From a virus (lineage: Duplodnaviria; Caudoviricetes), in IMG/VR virus record IMGVR_UViG_3300033069_001465: a stretch of 64,000 nt of DNA; one strand, 5' to 3'. The notes beneath the pieces are model-generated. The model did no database searches. It had not been told where the DNA came from and worked only from the letters and a program-made list of their open reading frames with translations. This document shows positions 21,238-30,751 of the stretch, in pieces; positions within the stretch are counted from its first letter, which is position 1, and the number at the start of each line of letters is the position of its first letter. Both the position numbers and the translations under genes were made by a program.

Positions 21238-22098
21238 ATGATTTTAAGTAAAGAAATAAAAACGACTATAAGCCATTTCAACATAAATCATTATACATCA
21301 ATTGGATATGATAATATAAAATGTAATCAATCAATTATTGTCCCGATTGAACATCTACCAAAAGAATCAAATTTAAAAATATTGGTGAAATGTGATATTT
21401 GTAATCAGGAAAAGATCATTTTCTATCAAAAATACAATAAAAATATTTCTAAATATGGTATATATACCTGCTCCACAATATGCGCACAATTCAAAATAAA
21501 AAAAACAAATTTAGAGAGATATGGAAATAAAAACTATGTAAATACAAAACTCTTGAAGGAAACCATTAGAGATAAATATGATATTATTACAAATGAAGTT
21601 AAAGAAAGGGGATATATCAATTGTATCAAATGTAATTTAGATAATAGTTTAGATGAATTTTTAGTAAAAAATGGTAGATATAAACATATATGTAGGTTAT
21701 GTAGAAATTCATTACATTACAGTAGGCTTAATAAAAATCCTCATGTAAAAGCATGGAGAAATATACTAAAAGGGTATTTACTTAGGAAAAATATAAAAAA
21801 GAATGATAAAACACTTAATTTACTAAAATATTCAACAGAGGAAATAAAAAATCACTTATCAAATTTGTTTGTTGATGATATGAATTGGGATAACTATGGT
21901 ACAAATTGGCATATAGATCATATAATACATTTGAGCTATTTTAAAGATGATACTCCCTGTGAAATTGTAAACTCTTTAGAGAATTTAAGACCTTATAATA
22001 AAAGAATGAATATATCAAGACATAATAATATGGATAATGATTGTATAGAACTATTGAGTAAATATAAAACTTATATAAAAGAAGAGTATATAAAATAA
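21238..22098 (+). CDS. HNH-type homing endonuclease with Zn-binding N-terminus
   Basis: MNWDNYG, WHIDHII, NLRP...N motifs; CxxC pairs. Confidence 0.75.
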   Translation: MILSKEIKTTISHFNINHYTSIGYDNIKCNQSIIVPIEHLPKESNLKILVKCDICNQEKIIFYQKYNKNISKYGIYTCSTICAQFKIKKTNLERYGNKNYVNTKLLKETIRDKYDIITNEVKERGYINCIKCNLDNSLDEFLVKNGRYKHICRLCRNSLHYSRLNKNPHVKAWRNILKGYLLRKNIKKNDKTLNLLKYSTEEIKNHLSNLFVDDMNWDNYGTNWHIDHIIHLSYFKDDTPCEIVNSLENLRPYNKRMNISRHNNMDNDCIELLSKYKTYIKEEYIK

Positions 22099-22121
22099 AA
22101 AATATAAAATAAAAAATTAAA

Positions 22122-23033
22122 ATGGCTGCACTTACAGGATATTTTGGAGGCAAGAACTCTATGTCAGAATGGATATATTCTTATATTCCAAAGGATATTA
22201 AAACATATGTAGAAGTATTCAGCGGATCTTTTGCAATTTATTTCAATGAGGACTTTTCACATTGTGATAGGATCATTTATAATGATGCTAATAAGTGGCA
22301 GACCAATTTTATGGCTTGTTGTAAAGATCACAATAAGATGATATTCGAAATTGATAAATCATTTAAACCAGGTGGATTTCTTTATTGTAATAAAACTAAT
22401 AAAGATGATATTAAAAAATATTATCGTGATCTGTATACTAATACAAAAAATCCGGAAAAATGTGATTTCTACGACGATCCAAATTTTGATATACCAAACT
22501 ACGAAAAGGGTGTAATTTATTCATTTATGATAACATCAGCGTTTAACGCTTGTCACGCAAGGGGAGCTGGATTTTCAGGATTCTCTAGTTCTGGTAAATT
22601 AAAGCTAACAACACTTATAAATAAATTAAAAAAGGAAGAATTTCAAAAAAAGCTAACGGGTATATCATATATTAAAAATTTAGATTTTGAGGAACTGATT
22701 AATAAATGTGATAGAGAAGATACCTATTTATACTTAGATCCTCCTTACAAATATACGGATGGTATTGGGACACATGATCAAGATTATGGATCTAAAAATA
22801 TATTTGGTGATGAGTCACATGAAAGATTGGCAAAGACATTACAAAAATGTAAGTCAAGATGGTCTTTATCTTACTATTATTTTAAAGAGTTGGAAGAATG
22901 GTTTCCCAAAGATAAATATCATTGGACATCAAAAGAGTTTCATAGATCATCATCATCATTTTCAGAAAATAAGTCCAAGGGTGTTGAACTGTTAATAATG
23001 AATTATAATCCTGAAACAGGTGAAAAGATTTAA
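22122..23033 (+). CDS. Dam-like (D12 class) DNA adenine methyltransferase
   Basis: YFGGK, YVEVFSGS, YND, YLDPPY, ELLIMNY. Confidence 0.9.
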   Translation: MAALTGYFGGKNSMSEWIYSYIPKDIKTYVEVFSGSFAIYFNEDFSHCDRIIYNDANKWQTNFMACCKDHNKMIFEIDKSFKPGGFLYCNKTNKDDIKKYYRDLYTNTKNPEKCDFYDDPNFDIPNYEKGVIYSFMITSAFNACHARGAGFSGFSSSGKLKLTTLINKLKKEEFQKKLTGISYIKNLDFEELINKCDREDTYLYLDPPYKYTDGIGTHDQDYGSKNIFGDESHERLAKTLQKCKSRWSLSYYYFKELEEWFPKDKYHWTSKEFHRSSSSFSENKSKGVELLIMNYNPETGEKI

Positions 23034-24560
23034 TTAGCTACAATCTGGACAATCTATCATACCGTCACCATCACAACGGTTACATGTATGCCTTCCACGG
23101 CCATCACATTCGGAGCAATCAACTTCACCTCCACCACTACATTCATCACAATCAACTTTACCCTTACCTTTACAATCTTCACATTTTACACCATCGTCAT
23201 CCACACCTTCGCCATCACATGAGTCACAATCAACTTTACCCTCTCCATCACAGTCTCTACAATCAACTGTTCGATTGCCATCACATTCGGAACACTCAAC
23301 TCTACCTTCACCATAACATTCATAACATTCAATTCTTCCCTCTCCATCACATCTATCACACCCACTAGACCCATCATATCCACCACTGGTACTTTCTAAG
23401 CATTTTGATCCACGAATATCATCGGTGCTTAATATACCATTATCGCTATCAAAATTTTTTAATGTATCTACATAAGGAAATTTTGTATAAACAATACTAT
23501 TATTAATTTTAACGGATAGTTCATCATGGTAAATTTCTTTTCCTTCTGGAGATATTACTGTTCCTTCAGGACTACTATCGTTTCTTTTTTTACTAAACCA
23601 TTTTTTAGACTTTGCATAATCTTTAAATAATTGTACATCAGAGTCATCTTGTGTGTAGATTCTATCCATAAATATTATTTCAGGATCACTTAATTTCCAA
23701 ACAAGTGCTCTACCTTTTATTTTATCCGGATTATCATCACTTCTAAGTATTAATAAACTACAAACCTCTGGATTTTTTGTATAAATTTGAAAAAATGATA
23801 CAGGGACAGTTGCCATACACGAATTTCCTAATGTTCCTCTATTTGTTCCATGTAAATAATTTTTAGAGTTATAAAAGTGTCCGATATCATCACCAGAGAC
23901 CAACTCGAAGCTTCTAAAAATATCATTCATTCTATCATAGGCTGATTTGTATTTATTGACAAAGTCTTCAATTTCAGCATCTTTAAATGAAGATCCAGAT
24001 GCAGCTAATAATGCTCTTATTCCTCTACCAGTTCGAACCGATTGTCTATTTTTAGACCATACCTCTGTATTTTCATCATAAGTGATGTTTTGCTCATTTA
24101 TTACACACTCACCATCTTCAAACTTAACATATAAGTAGGTTTTCCCACTACTCGGAGATATTGCTTTTTTAATTATTTCTCCCCTTTCTTCATCTTCTGG
24201 CTTATATCCAGTATCACCTTTAGGAATATATCCCAATAACTCAAATATTCTACCATTTTGTTCTATATTATGTGTTAATATAGGACCATTTTTATAAATT
24301 ACATATTTACCTTTAGACTCACCTAAAATTTCTTGAGCTTTTCTATCCGCTATAAAAGATATAGTATCTTTACTATCATCAATATCAAAGTAGTTAGAAG
24401 GTACTTTTAAATCTTTTGTTTCTATATCAACTAATGATTTAGCAACAGGAGATTCAATTTCCTTTAATAACTTTCTAAATTTTTGAGAATAGACAATTTC
24501 TGATTCATTAATCATTGTTAATGCCTGTTCAAGTATAAAATCATCATATTTAGATATCAT
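23034..24560 (-). CDS. 'SCM'-motif protein, paralog 2, with C-terminal DnaJ-type CxxCxGxG repeats
   Basis: GTLGNSCM, GRALVW, FMDRIY, FPYVDT; about 9 CxxCxGxG units. Confidence 0.7.
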   Translation of the reverse strand: MISKYDDFILEQALTMINESEIVYSQKFRKLLKEIESPVAKSLVDIETKDLKVPSNYFDIDDSKDTISFIADRKAQEILGESKGKYVIYKNGPILTHNIEQNGRIFELLGYIPKGDTGYKPEDEERGEIIKKAISPSSGKTYLYVKFEDGECVINEQNITYDENTEVWSKNRQSVRTGRGIRALLAASGSSFKDAEIEDFVNKYKSAYDRMNDIFRSFELVSGDDIGHFYNSKNYLHGTNRGTLGNSCMATVPVSFFQIYTKNPEVCSLLILRSDDNPDKIKGRALVWKLSDPEIIFMDRIYTQDDSDVQLFKDYAKSKKWFSKKRNDSSPEGTVISPEGKEIYHDELSVKINNSIVYTKFPYVDTLKNFDSDNGILSTDDIRGSKCLESTSGGYDGSSGCDRCDGEGRIECYECYGEGRVECSECDGNRTVDCRDCDGEGKVDCDSCDGEGVDDDGVKCEDCKGKGKVDCDECSGGGEVDCSECDGRGRHTCNRCDGDGMIDCPDCS

Positions 24561-25057
24561 AAAATTTCAATTTTAATTTTAACTCTTTTTCCAATAAGAT
24601 TATTAATATCATCATGCTTTAAATTTTCATCCCATGATTGGATTATTGCAAACATGCCAGTTTCCTCATCTGAATTTATAGTTTCAAATTTAAATACATC
24701 ACTAATTAAAGCACATCCACCATCCTCTTTTCGGTCAATTGTAAATATTCCTTCGGATTCTAAAATAGGACTATTAGATTCTACAATTTTGTATTTATGT
24801 CCTTTATCTTTAACTTCAATAGCATCAATATCATCTTCAACTTCTGCTTTAGATAAAGTGTCTATTTTGTGTGTAACCTTATTATATTTAAACTTAGTAT
24901 TGCCTGGAGTTTGATTTTCGGAATCGGGTTTTTTAAAAGATCTATTAACCTTTTTTAATTCTTCCTTTTCTTTACCAATATTTTCTTCAAAGTCATTAAA
25001 ATTAAGAACTCTTGAATTTTTTGTTTGATAATTTGGATCATTTGGATTATATGGCAT
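24557..25057 (-). CDS. Hypothetical protein
   Basis: 166 aa; late motif at 25080-25088; internal IVES/ILES sites. Confidence 0.6.
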   Translation of the reverse strand: MPYNPNDPNYQTKNSRVLNFNDFEENIGKEKEELKKVNRSFKKPDSENQTPGNTKFKYNKVTHKIDTLSKAEVEDDIDAIEVKDKGHKYKIVESNSPILESEGIFTIDRKEDGGCALISDVFKFETINSDEETGMFAIIQSWDENLKHDDINNLIGKRVKIKIEIL

Positions 25058-25085
25058 AATACTTTTTTATTTTATAAACTATATA

Positions 25086-25808
25086 TTATTTTTTTAAAAT
25101 ATTAATTTCATATCTTCTATCTTCTATCTTTCTTAATTGAATTGAATTGTCAAAAACACGAAAAATGCTTCTGACAATTCTATCTACATCTGGTTTATTA
25201 TACATAACCTCAAATGTCACAGATTTATCCTGAACACCTTTTATAATATTAAATATTTTATTGTTAGTTAATACATCCATAACCCTAGCATACGGCATTT
25301 TTCTTTCTATTAAAGCTTTTCTTCTTGGACTTATTTGCCCATAATTTTTAGGTATATCAACATTTATTTTTAATTTAAATTCAAGTCTAATTCCATTATT
25401 AGTTATATCACATTGTTCAGCAACCACTTCTGTGTTGTGTATAGATGATATCCTATCAAAGGCGACTTGGTATTTGTTTACAACATCAGTAAAAAATTCT
25501 AATTTCTTTTTTGTACTATTAAGTGTATTTGTAGATGTTATATCCTTATTTACACGGACTCTATAACAAGGATAACATTGATTTTGAATTATATCCGCTT
25601 TTTGATCAGCTACTCTAAAACTATTTTTCTCACCATATCCAATTAGTAAATCTGTATTAAATGTAAATCCAATATCTCTTAGATCCAAAAAGTAATCCTC
25701 GATCTCATCAGGTGTTATATAGTCTTTTATTAGCTCTATTGCACCTTCTTTTAGCTCGGCTTGCCAATTCTCATTTATATTATAAAATTGATCAAATTTA
25801 GTTATCAT
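25086..25808 (-). CDS. Hypothetical protein with capsid-targeting-like leader
   Basis: MITKFDQFYNINE; EIEDYFLDLRD motif. Confidence 0.6.
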   Translation of the reverse strand: MITKFDQFYNINENWQAELKEGAIELIKDYITPDEIEDYFLDLRDIGFTFNTDLLIGYGEKNSFRVADQKADIIQNQCYPCYRVRVNKDITSTNTLNSTKKKLEFFTDVVNKYQVAFDRISSIHNTEVVAEQCDITNNGIRLEFKLKINVDIPKNYGQISPRRKALIERKMPYARVMDVLTNNKIFNIIKGVQDKSVTFEVMYNKPDVDRIVRSIFRVFDNSIQLRKIEDRRYEINILKK

Positions 25809-26497
25809 TTTAATTTCTCATCTAACATTTTAGCTATAGTAGATCCTATAGTAAAGTGAATATTTTTAAGAGTGTCTACCTCGACAGTTTCATGGTCATC
25901 TAGGAAAGTGAAATGAAGCTTATATGTATCATAATCTTCATCTTCTTTTCTATCCAGCTTCTTAATCGATAAATTTATTGTATAGTTATTATTGATATTA
26001 ATATCAAAATCAAATGTAACTTGATCACATGGAGCAGTTTTAAACTTTGGATCATATGTCACATCAAATATTGAGTAGTCTGTGATATTAGACCTTTTCA
26101 TATAATAATTTAAAAACATAGCTGGAGCTTCAATAAAATCAGATAATATTTGGATATCAAGTCCGAAGTTATTAGATTCAACAATGTCTTCTATTTTAGA
26201 TTTAAGATCTACAACATTGTCAAAATCTACCTTATGATAGACACAGTTGATGTCATATAGATAAATAAAAGATTCATCCGTAACAAAATGCTTATGCTTA
26301 TCTGTTTTGAAGATGAATTTTGTATGTATGATGAGGGTTTCCTTTATTGAAAGATTGTGTATAGATATAACAAGCTTATAATAATCTTCATTATCAGATT
26401 CTTCATAAACTGTTTCCACTGAACTTACTTTACCTTCTTCCTCCTCAAATATTTCCTTAAAGGCTTCTTCTATTTCTGCTATTCTTATGTTTGCCAT
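25805..26497 (-). CDS. Hypothetical protein
   Basis: 230 aa ORF in a tightly coupled operon. Confidence 0.6.
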   Translation of the reverse strand: MANIRIAEIEEAFKEIFEEEEGKVSSVETVYEESDNEDYYKLVISIHNLSIKETLIIHTKFIFKTDKHKHFVTDESFIYLYDINCVYHKVDFDNVVDLKSKIEDIVESNNFGLDIQILSDFIEAPAMFLNYYMKRSNITDYSIFDVTYDPKFKTAPCDQVTFDFDININNNYTINLSIKKLDRKEDEDYDTYKLHFTFLDDHETVEVDTLKNIHFTIGSTIAKMLDEKLK

Positions 26498-26499
26498 AA

Positions 26500-27378
26500 T
26501 TATTTTACTTTTATTTTAATATTTATATTAAGTATCGGCCTGGTTTCACCCCCTCCTAACTGATATTCGCCCTTAAATACTTCATGATCATAAGATATTA
26601 AATCACCTATTGATTTTATTCTCTTTTTTGCAGTGTTTAATATTTTATAGATTTCAAATGTTTCATCGTCTAATAGACTTTTAAATAACCTAGTATTATT
26701 AAGACTATATGATAATTTTATACTTAATTCATCTTTGTTATTAGTATATTCATATTCTAACTTTCCATATTCTTCTATTTCTATAAAGAAATCTACAATA
26801 TCATTCACACATTTGGATATTTTTTTAGATGTATCCTTATTGCTTACTTCTATTTTATCCAATAATTCATCATAATCAATTTTACTTAAACTATTAATAT
26901 AGTTATTTAAATCATAGTTGTATCCATTCGATCCAGTTTCATCTAGCTCTCTAATATTAGAATAATCATTTAATATTAATATAAATCCATATCCACCCAT
27001 TCCATGATATTCATAAAATATAGAGTAATCTTCTTCACATCCATATTCTTTACTTTTTATAACATTAGATTGTGATACTTCTAAATAGTTAACAAATTTA
27101 TCTTCATTGTTTAGTTCAATGTGTGCATAAGTTTTAACATCATCACCAAAGACAATATTGAGTCTAATGTATTTAACAAATTTTGATCCAGTCTTTGGAT
27201 ATATTAGCAGAGATACCCCAGTACCATTTGTATACATCTCATGCCTTCGAATATTAGGGTTTGAGTATAAAAATTTTGATAAAAAAATATCTTTTTTATT
27301 TTGAATCCCTAATTTACCTTTAACTTTTTGTTTTAGTTTATAAAGGTCAATTTCTTCATATGTTTTGATATAATTCAT
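26500..27378 (-). CDS. Hypothetical protein with capsid-targeting-like leader
   Basis: MNYIKTYEE; DIVDFFIEIEE motif. Confidence 0.6.
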   Translation of the reverse strand: MNYIKTYEEIDLYKLKQKVKGKLGIQNKKDIFLSKFLYSNPNIRRHEMYTNGTGVSLLIYPKTGSKFVKYIRLNIVFGDDVKTYAHIELNNEDKFVNYLEVSQSNVIKSKEYGCEEDYSIFYEYHGMGGYGFILILNDYSNIRELDETGSNGYNYDLNNYINSLSKIDYDELLDKIEVSNKDTSKKISKCVNDIVDFFIEIEEYGKLEYEYTNNKDELSIKLSYSLNNTRLFKSLLDDETFEIYKILNTAKKRIKSIGDLISYDHEVFKGEYQLGGGETRPILNINIKIKVK

Positions 27379-28148
27379 TATTTAAATTGTTTATCATAGA
27401 CTTTATTTCTCAAGTTAATTAGTTTTTTAATATATCCATTTCTTCTCATTAACTTAAATACTAAGTTTTCTATTGAAAATTCACCTTCTTTATCTAACCC
27501 CTTTTGTCTGTTTTCTTTAACTTTTTTCCACACTTTTTTAATTTTTTCAGAAATTACACTATATGAGAAGTGATTTTCATAATCTATTTCTAAATCATCT
27601 ATTCTATCCATTATCATGCCAGCTTTTTTCTTTATTAAATCCTCATCAGGTTCAAAATCTTCTTTAGTTGGCTTTTTAACCCATTTGTTTTCTAATATCG
27701 AAAATTGACCACTTGATATATGTGGCTCACTTATATCTTGCGAGTATAATTCTACTTCGTATCCTAAGATTAGGATATCATGTTCTTCATTCCATAACTT
27801 ACCTGCTGCTGATAAATATTTATTGACTAATTCAACATCATCATTAATTTGTGTAAAATCAAAAATAATATGCAAGTCAAAATCAGAATACTCACTCCAA
27901 TTATAATTAGCTAATGATCCGGTTAATATGATATCTTTTATTTCTATATCACCAATATCCATATGCTCTATATAATCATTGGCAATTTGTGATAATTTTT
28001 CCCTAACCTCATCATTGATCTCAAAATCAGTCCATATTTTAGAATTTAATTCATCTTTTAGATAAAAAGATTTAATAGGTTTAAACTCCTCTGGCTGAGC
28101 CTGAGCTGACTCATCTTTAAATTCTAGAAATTTGAATATCATATTCAC
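27378..28148 (-). CDS. Pol-beta-superfamily nucleotidyltransferase
   Basis: LTGSLANYNWSEYSDFDLHI (GS...DxD), third acidic residue in VELY. Confidence 0.8.
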   Translation of the reverse strand: MNMIFKFLEFKDESAQAQPEEFKPIKSFYLKDELNSKIWTDFEINDEVREKLSQIANDYIEHMDIGDIEIKDIILTGSLANYNWSEYSDFDLHIIFDFTQINDDVELVNKYLSAAGKLWNEEHDILILGYEVELYSQDISEPHISSGQFSILENKWVKKPTKEDFEPDEDLIKKKAGMIMDRIDDLEIDYENHFSYSVISEKIKKVWKKVKENRQKGLDKEGEFSIENLVFKLMRRNGYIKKLINLRNKVYDKQFK

Positions 28149-28158
28149 TGCTAAATTT

Positions 28159-28172
28159 TAATATATATATTA
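28159..28172. promoter_or_regulatory. Palindromic putative late promoter
   Basis: TAATATATATATTA between divergent operons. Confidence 0.65.
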
Positions 28173-28190
28173 AAATCATACAACTTAAAA

Positions 28191-30134
28191 GTGAAATTAA
28201 AGACATATAGTGATTTTTTATTAGAATCTGTATTATATACGTCGGATGAGTTTAAAAAGGTTCTTTCATCAATGAATGATGAAACCGCCAGACATTTATT
28301 ATCTCTTATTGATAAAGATATCAAGACAAATTATAATATTCTAAAAACAACTGATGCAAATGATACTATTTCATTTATACCAGATAATCAAGCAATTACA
28401 AAATTAAAGTCCATAAATTTACCAGCTTTATTTTTAAGCAAAGCTAATACAACGTCTATTGGTAGAATATGTAGGTCTATATTAAATGATAACGGAATTA
28501 GCAAAACTGATAAAGAAATGGAAATTTTTGTTAATGGATTTAAAGCGGCTTATGATAAAATTAACACTAAAGAAGATTCAATAAGAATAGTTAGTGGTGA
28601 GGATATTAGATATTGGTATTTTGAGGAAAGATATTGTGATGCTACTAGAAGAAGCAGGGGAAGCTTAGGTAAATCTTGTATGAGATATGATGAAGCTCAA
28701 GATTATCTCAATATTTACGTAAAAAATCCCGATGTATGTAAATTAGTAATACAAGTAGATGAAGGAAATAAACTCTTATCAAGAGCCCTTTTATGGGAAA
28801 CAACAAACAACTCACTTTATTTAGATAGAGTTTACTATACCAATGATTCAGATAATCAATTATTAGCATCTTGGACAAAAGAAAAATTTAAGGATAGAAA
28901 TGTAATTTTTATTGGCACTAGGGAAAAACTCGAAGTTAAGTTAGGACCAATATTAGATTATGTGCAATATCCCTATATGGATTCATTTGTTTATTTTTAT
29001 GCAGGTGAGCAAAAATTATATAACTATGACCCTGATAAGGTGGAAAGAAAAAAGCTATTTTACTTACAAGAAACTGATGGATCAGCAGATAGACAAGATA
29101 ATAGATTTTGTGAATATATTGAAGAAACATGGCCAGAGGATGACTGTGTTTGGTGTGAAAAGATACATAGCTATTTACCCAAACATATGGCTGTTTGGAG
29201 TGAGTATTGCAATTCATTTTTATATAGAGAAAACGCAGTTCAATCAACTATTATTAATGACTATTTAGACTCACAAGATTCTATTTATGTATATATGGAT
29301 AGCAATGGCAGAACAGGAGTTTGGTATCCAGATGATAGTAAATATCGAGGTGAGTATGAACAAGATGAGATGAGTGGTGAATTTTATATTAAAGATTTAC
29401 TGATTCAACATAATGGATCTTACTATCTAAGAGATAAGTCTGTTTTTGTTTATTCTATTTTAGAGGAATCAGAAGCAGAGTATGAAAAAATATACCATTC
29501 TAAATCTTTTATCTCTTCAGAATTGGATAATAAAGTATTTGGATTTAAACTGTCCGAAGATTTTGATGTGGGGTCCAAGTATAATTTCTATCGAAATGTT
29601 TATAAAAATGTTAAATATAAAGAGTTTATGGAAAAATTAAATTCTTTAGAGGGAATTGATAAGAAATATATTGATTTAAAAATTACAGAGCTTAATGATG
29701 CAGATGCTGTCCTTAGAAGAGGTACTGATTTCTATAAAATTAATAATATTCTTTATGAAGAATTTGATACTGATCCTATTCAAATCATGAAAGAATACCG
29801 AAGAAATATAGAATCTGGGTTTGATGAATCATTCGATTTTTTAAAAAATCGAATTGGGTGGCCAGATGTAATTAAATACAGAGATGAGATAAAGTATTTT
29901 TCACTTAATCCTATAATAAATGATAGATATTTATCAAATTTTAGTAGAAATGAATTTCCTATTGTAAAAGAAAAGCTACTTGAAAAGAATAGTGGTATGA
30001 GCTTAGAAGAACAACATCAAATTGCCCATTCAATAGTAGGTACTTGTGAAAGAATTGTAAGTAGGATTTTAAGCACTGAGTATGGATACATAATTTACTA
30101 TTACTTAACACATACAAACCAATTTAAACAATGA
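28191..30134 (+). CDS. 'SCM'-motif protein, paralog 3
   Basis: GSLGKSCMRY, SRALLW, YLDRVY, YPYMDS; leader MKLKTYSDFLLES (GTG start). Confidence 0.7.
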   Translation: MKLKTYSDFLLESVLYTSDEFKKVLSSMNDETARHLLSLIDKDIKTNYNILKTTDANDTISFIPDNQAITKLKSINLPALFLSKANTTSIGRICRSILNDNGISKTDKEMEIFVNGFKAAYDKINTKEDSIRIVSGEDIRYWYFEERYCDATRRSRGSLGKSCMRYDEAQDYLNIYVKNPDVCKLVIQVDEGNKLLSRALLWETTNNSLYLDRVYYTNDSDNQLLASWTKEKFKDRNVIFIGTREKLEVKLGPILDYVQYPYMDSFVYFYAGEQKLYNYDPDKVERKKLFYLQETDGSADRQDNRFCEYIEETWPEDDCVWCEKIHSYLPKHMAVWSEYCNSFLYRENAVQSTIINDYLDSQDSIYVYMDSNGRTGVWYPDDSKYRGEYEQDEMSGEFYIKDLLIQHNGSYYLRDKSVFVYSILEESEAEYEKIYHSKSFISSELDNKVFGFKLSEDFDVGSKYNFYRNVYKNVKYKEFMEKLNSLEGIDKKYIDLKITELNDADAVLRRGTDFYKINNILYEEFDTDPIQIMKEYRRNIESGFDESFDFLKNRIGWPDVIKYRDEIKYFSLNPIINDRYLSNFSRNEFPIVKEKLLEKNSGMSLEEQHQIAHSIVGTCERIVSRILSTEYGYIIYYYLTHTNQFKQ

Positions 30135-30172
30135 CATATATAATCCATATAAATTAAAAATTATTAATAAGT

Positions 30173-30700
30173 ATGGATGACATCTTCCCAAGTAGAAAAG
30201 AAATACTAGAAAGTAAGAAATCACAAGGATATCAAGATACCTTAGTTGAAGAAATTAAATCAATTGATGTGGAAAAGATTGATTTTTCTAAAGGTGATTT
30301 TAAGCCAAGAACAAAAATTGCAGAGAAACAAAAGGTATTTTTTTGGATAAGAGTTTATCTAAATAATGAGGATAAATCTTGTAAACCAGATGATGTTATT
30401 AAAATTAAACATATTCCTTCTGGCGAAATACTAGAAACGAAATTCATATGTTATTCTAAAAAAGGTGTTGACAAAGACTCACAAGATGAAATTGTAAATT
30501 ATAGTACAGAGGATGATAAAAAGGTTCTTTGTTTAATGGTTGACTCTGATAGAATTAATGCCGATAGTAAAGATATACCATTTATAAGGTCCCTTTTCAG
30601 AACAAGTAAGTTTTTCGAATTTAATTTAGTTAAGAGAGATGAATTGCTATTTGTGAATGCAAAAGGCAAGAAATTTGAATATTATGATGTAAGTTTCTAA
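30173..30700 (+). CDS. Hypothetical protein
   Basis: 175 aa ORF upstream of the polymerase fragment. Confidence 0.6.
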   Translation: MDDIFPSRKEILESKKSQGYQDTLVEEIKSIDVEKIDFSKGDFKPRTKIAEKQKVFFWIRVYLNNEDKSCKPDDVIKIKHIPSGEILETKFICYSKKGVDKDSQDEIVNYSTEDDKKVLCLMVDSDRINADSKDIPFIRSLFRTSKFFEFNLVKRDELLFVNAKGKKFEYYDVSF

Positions 30701-30751
30701 CCATTAAAATGTGTAAGGCAATTATCAAAAATAAATAAAAGATTAGAATTT

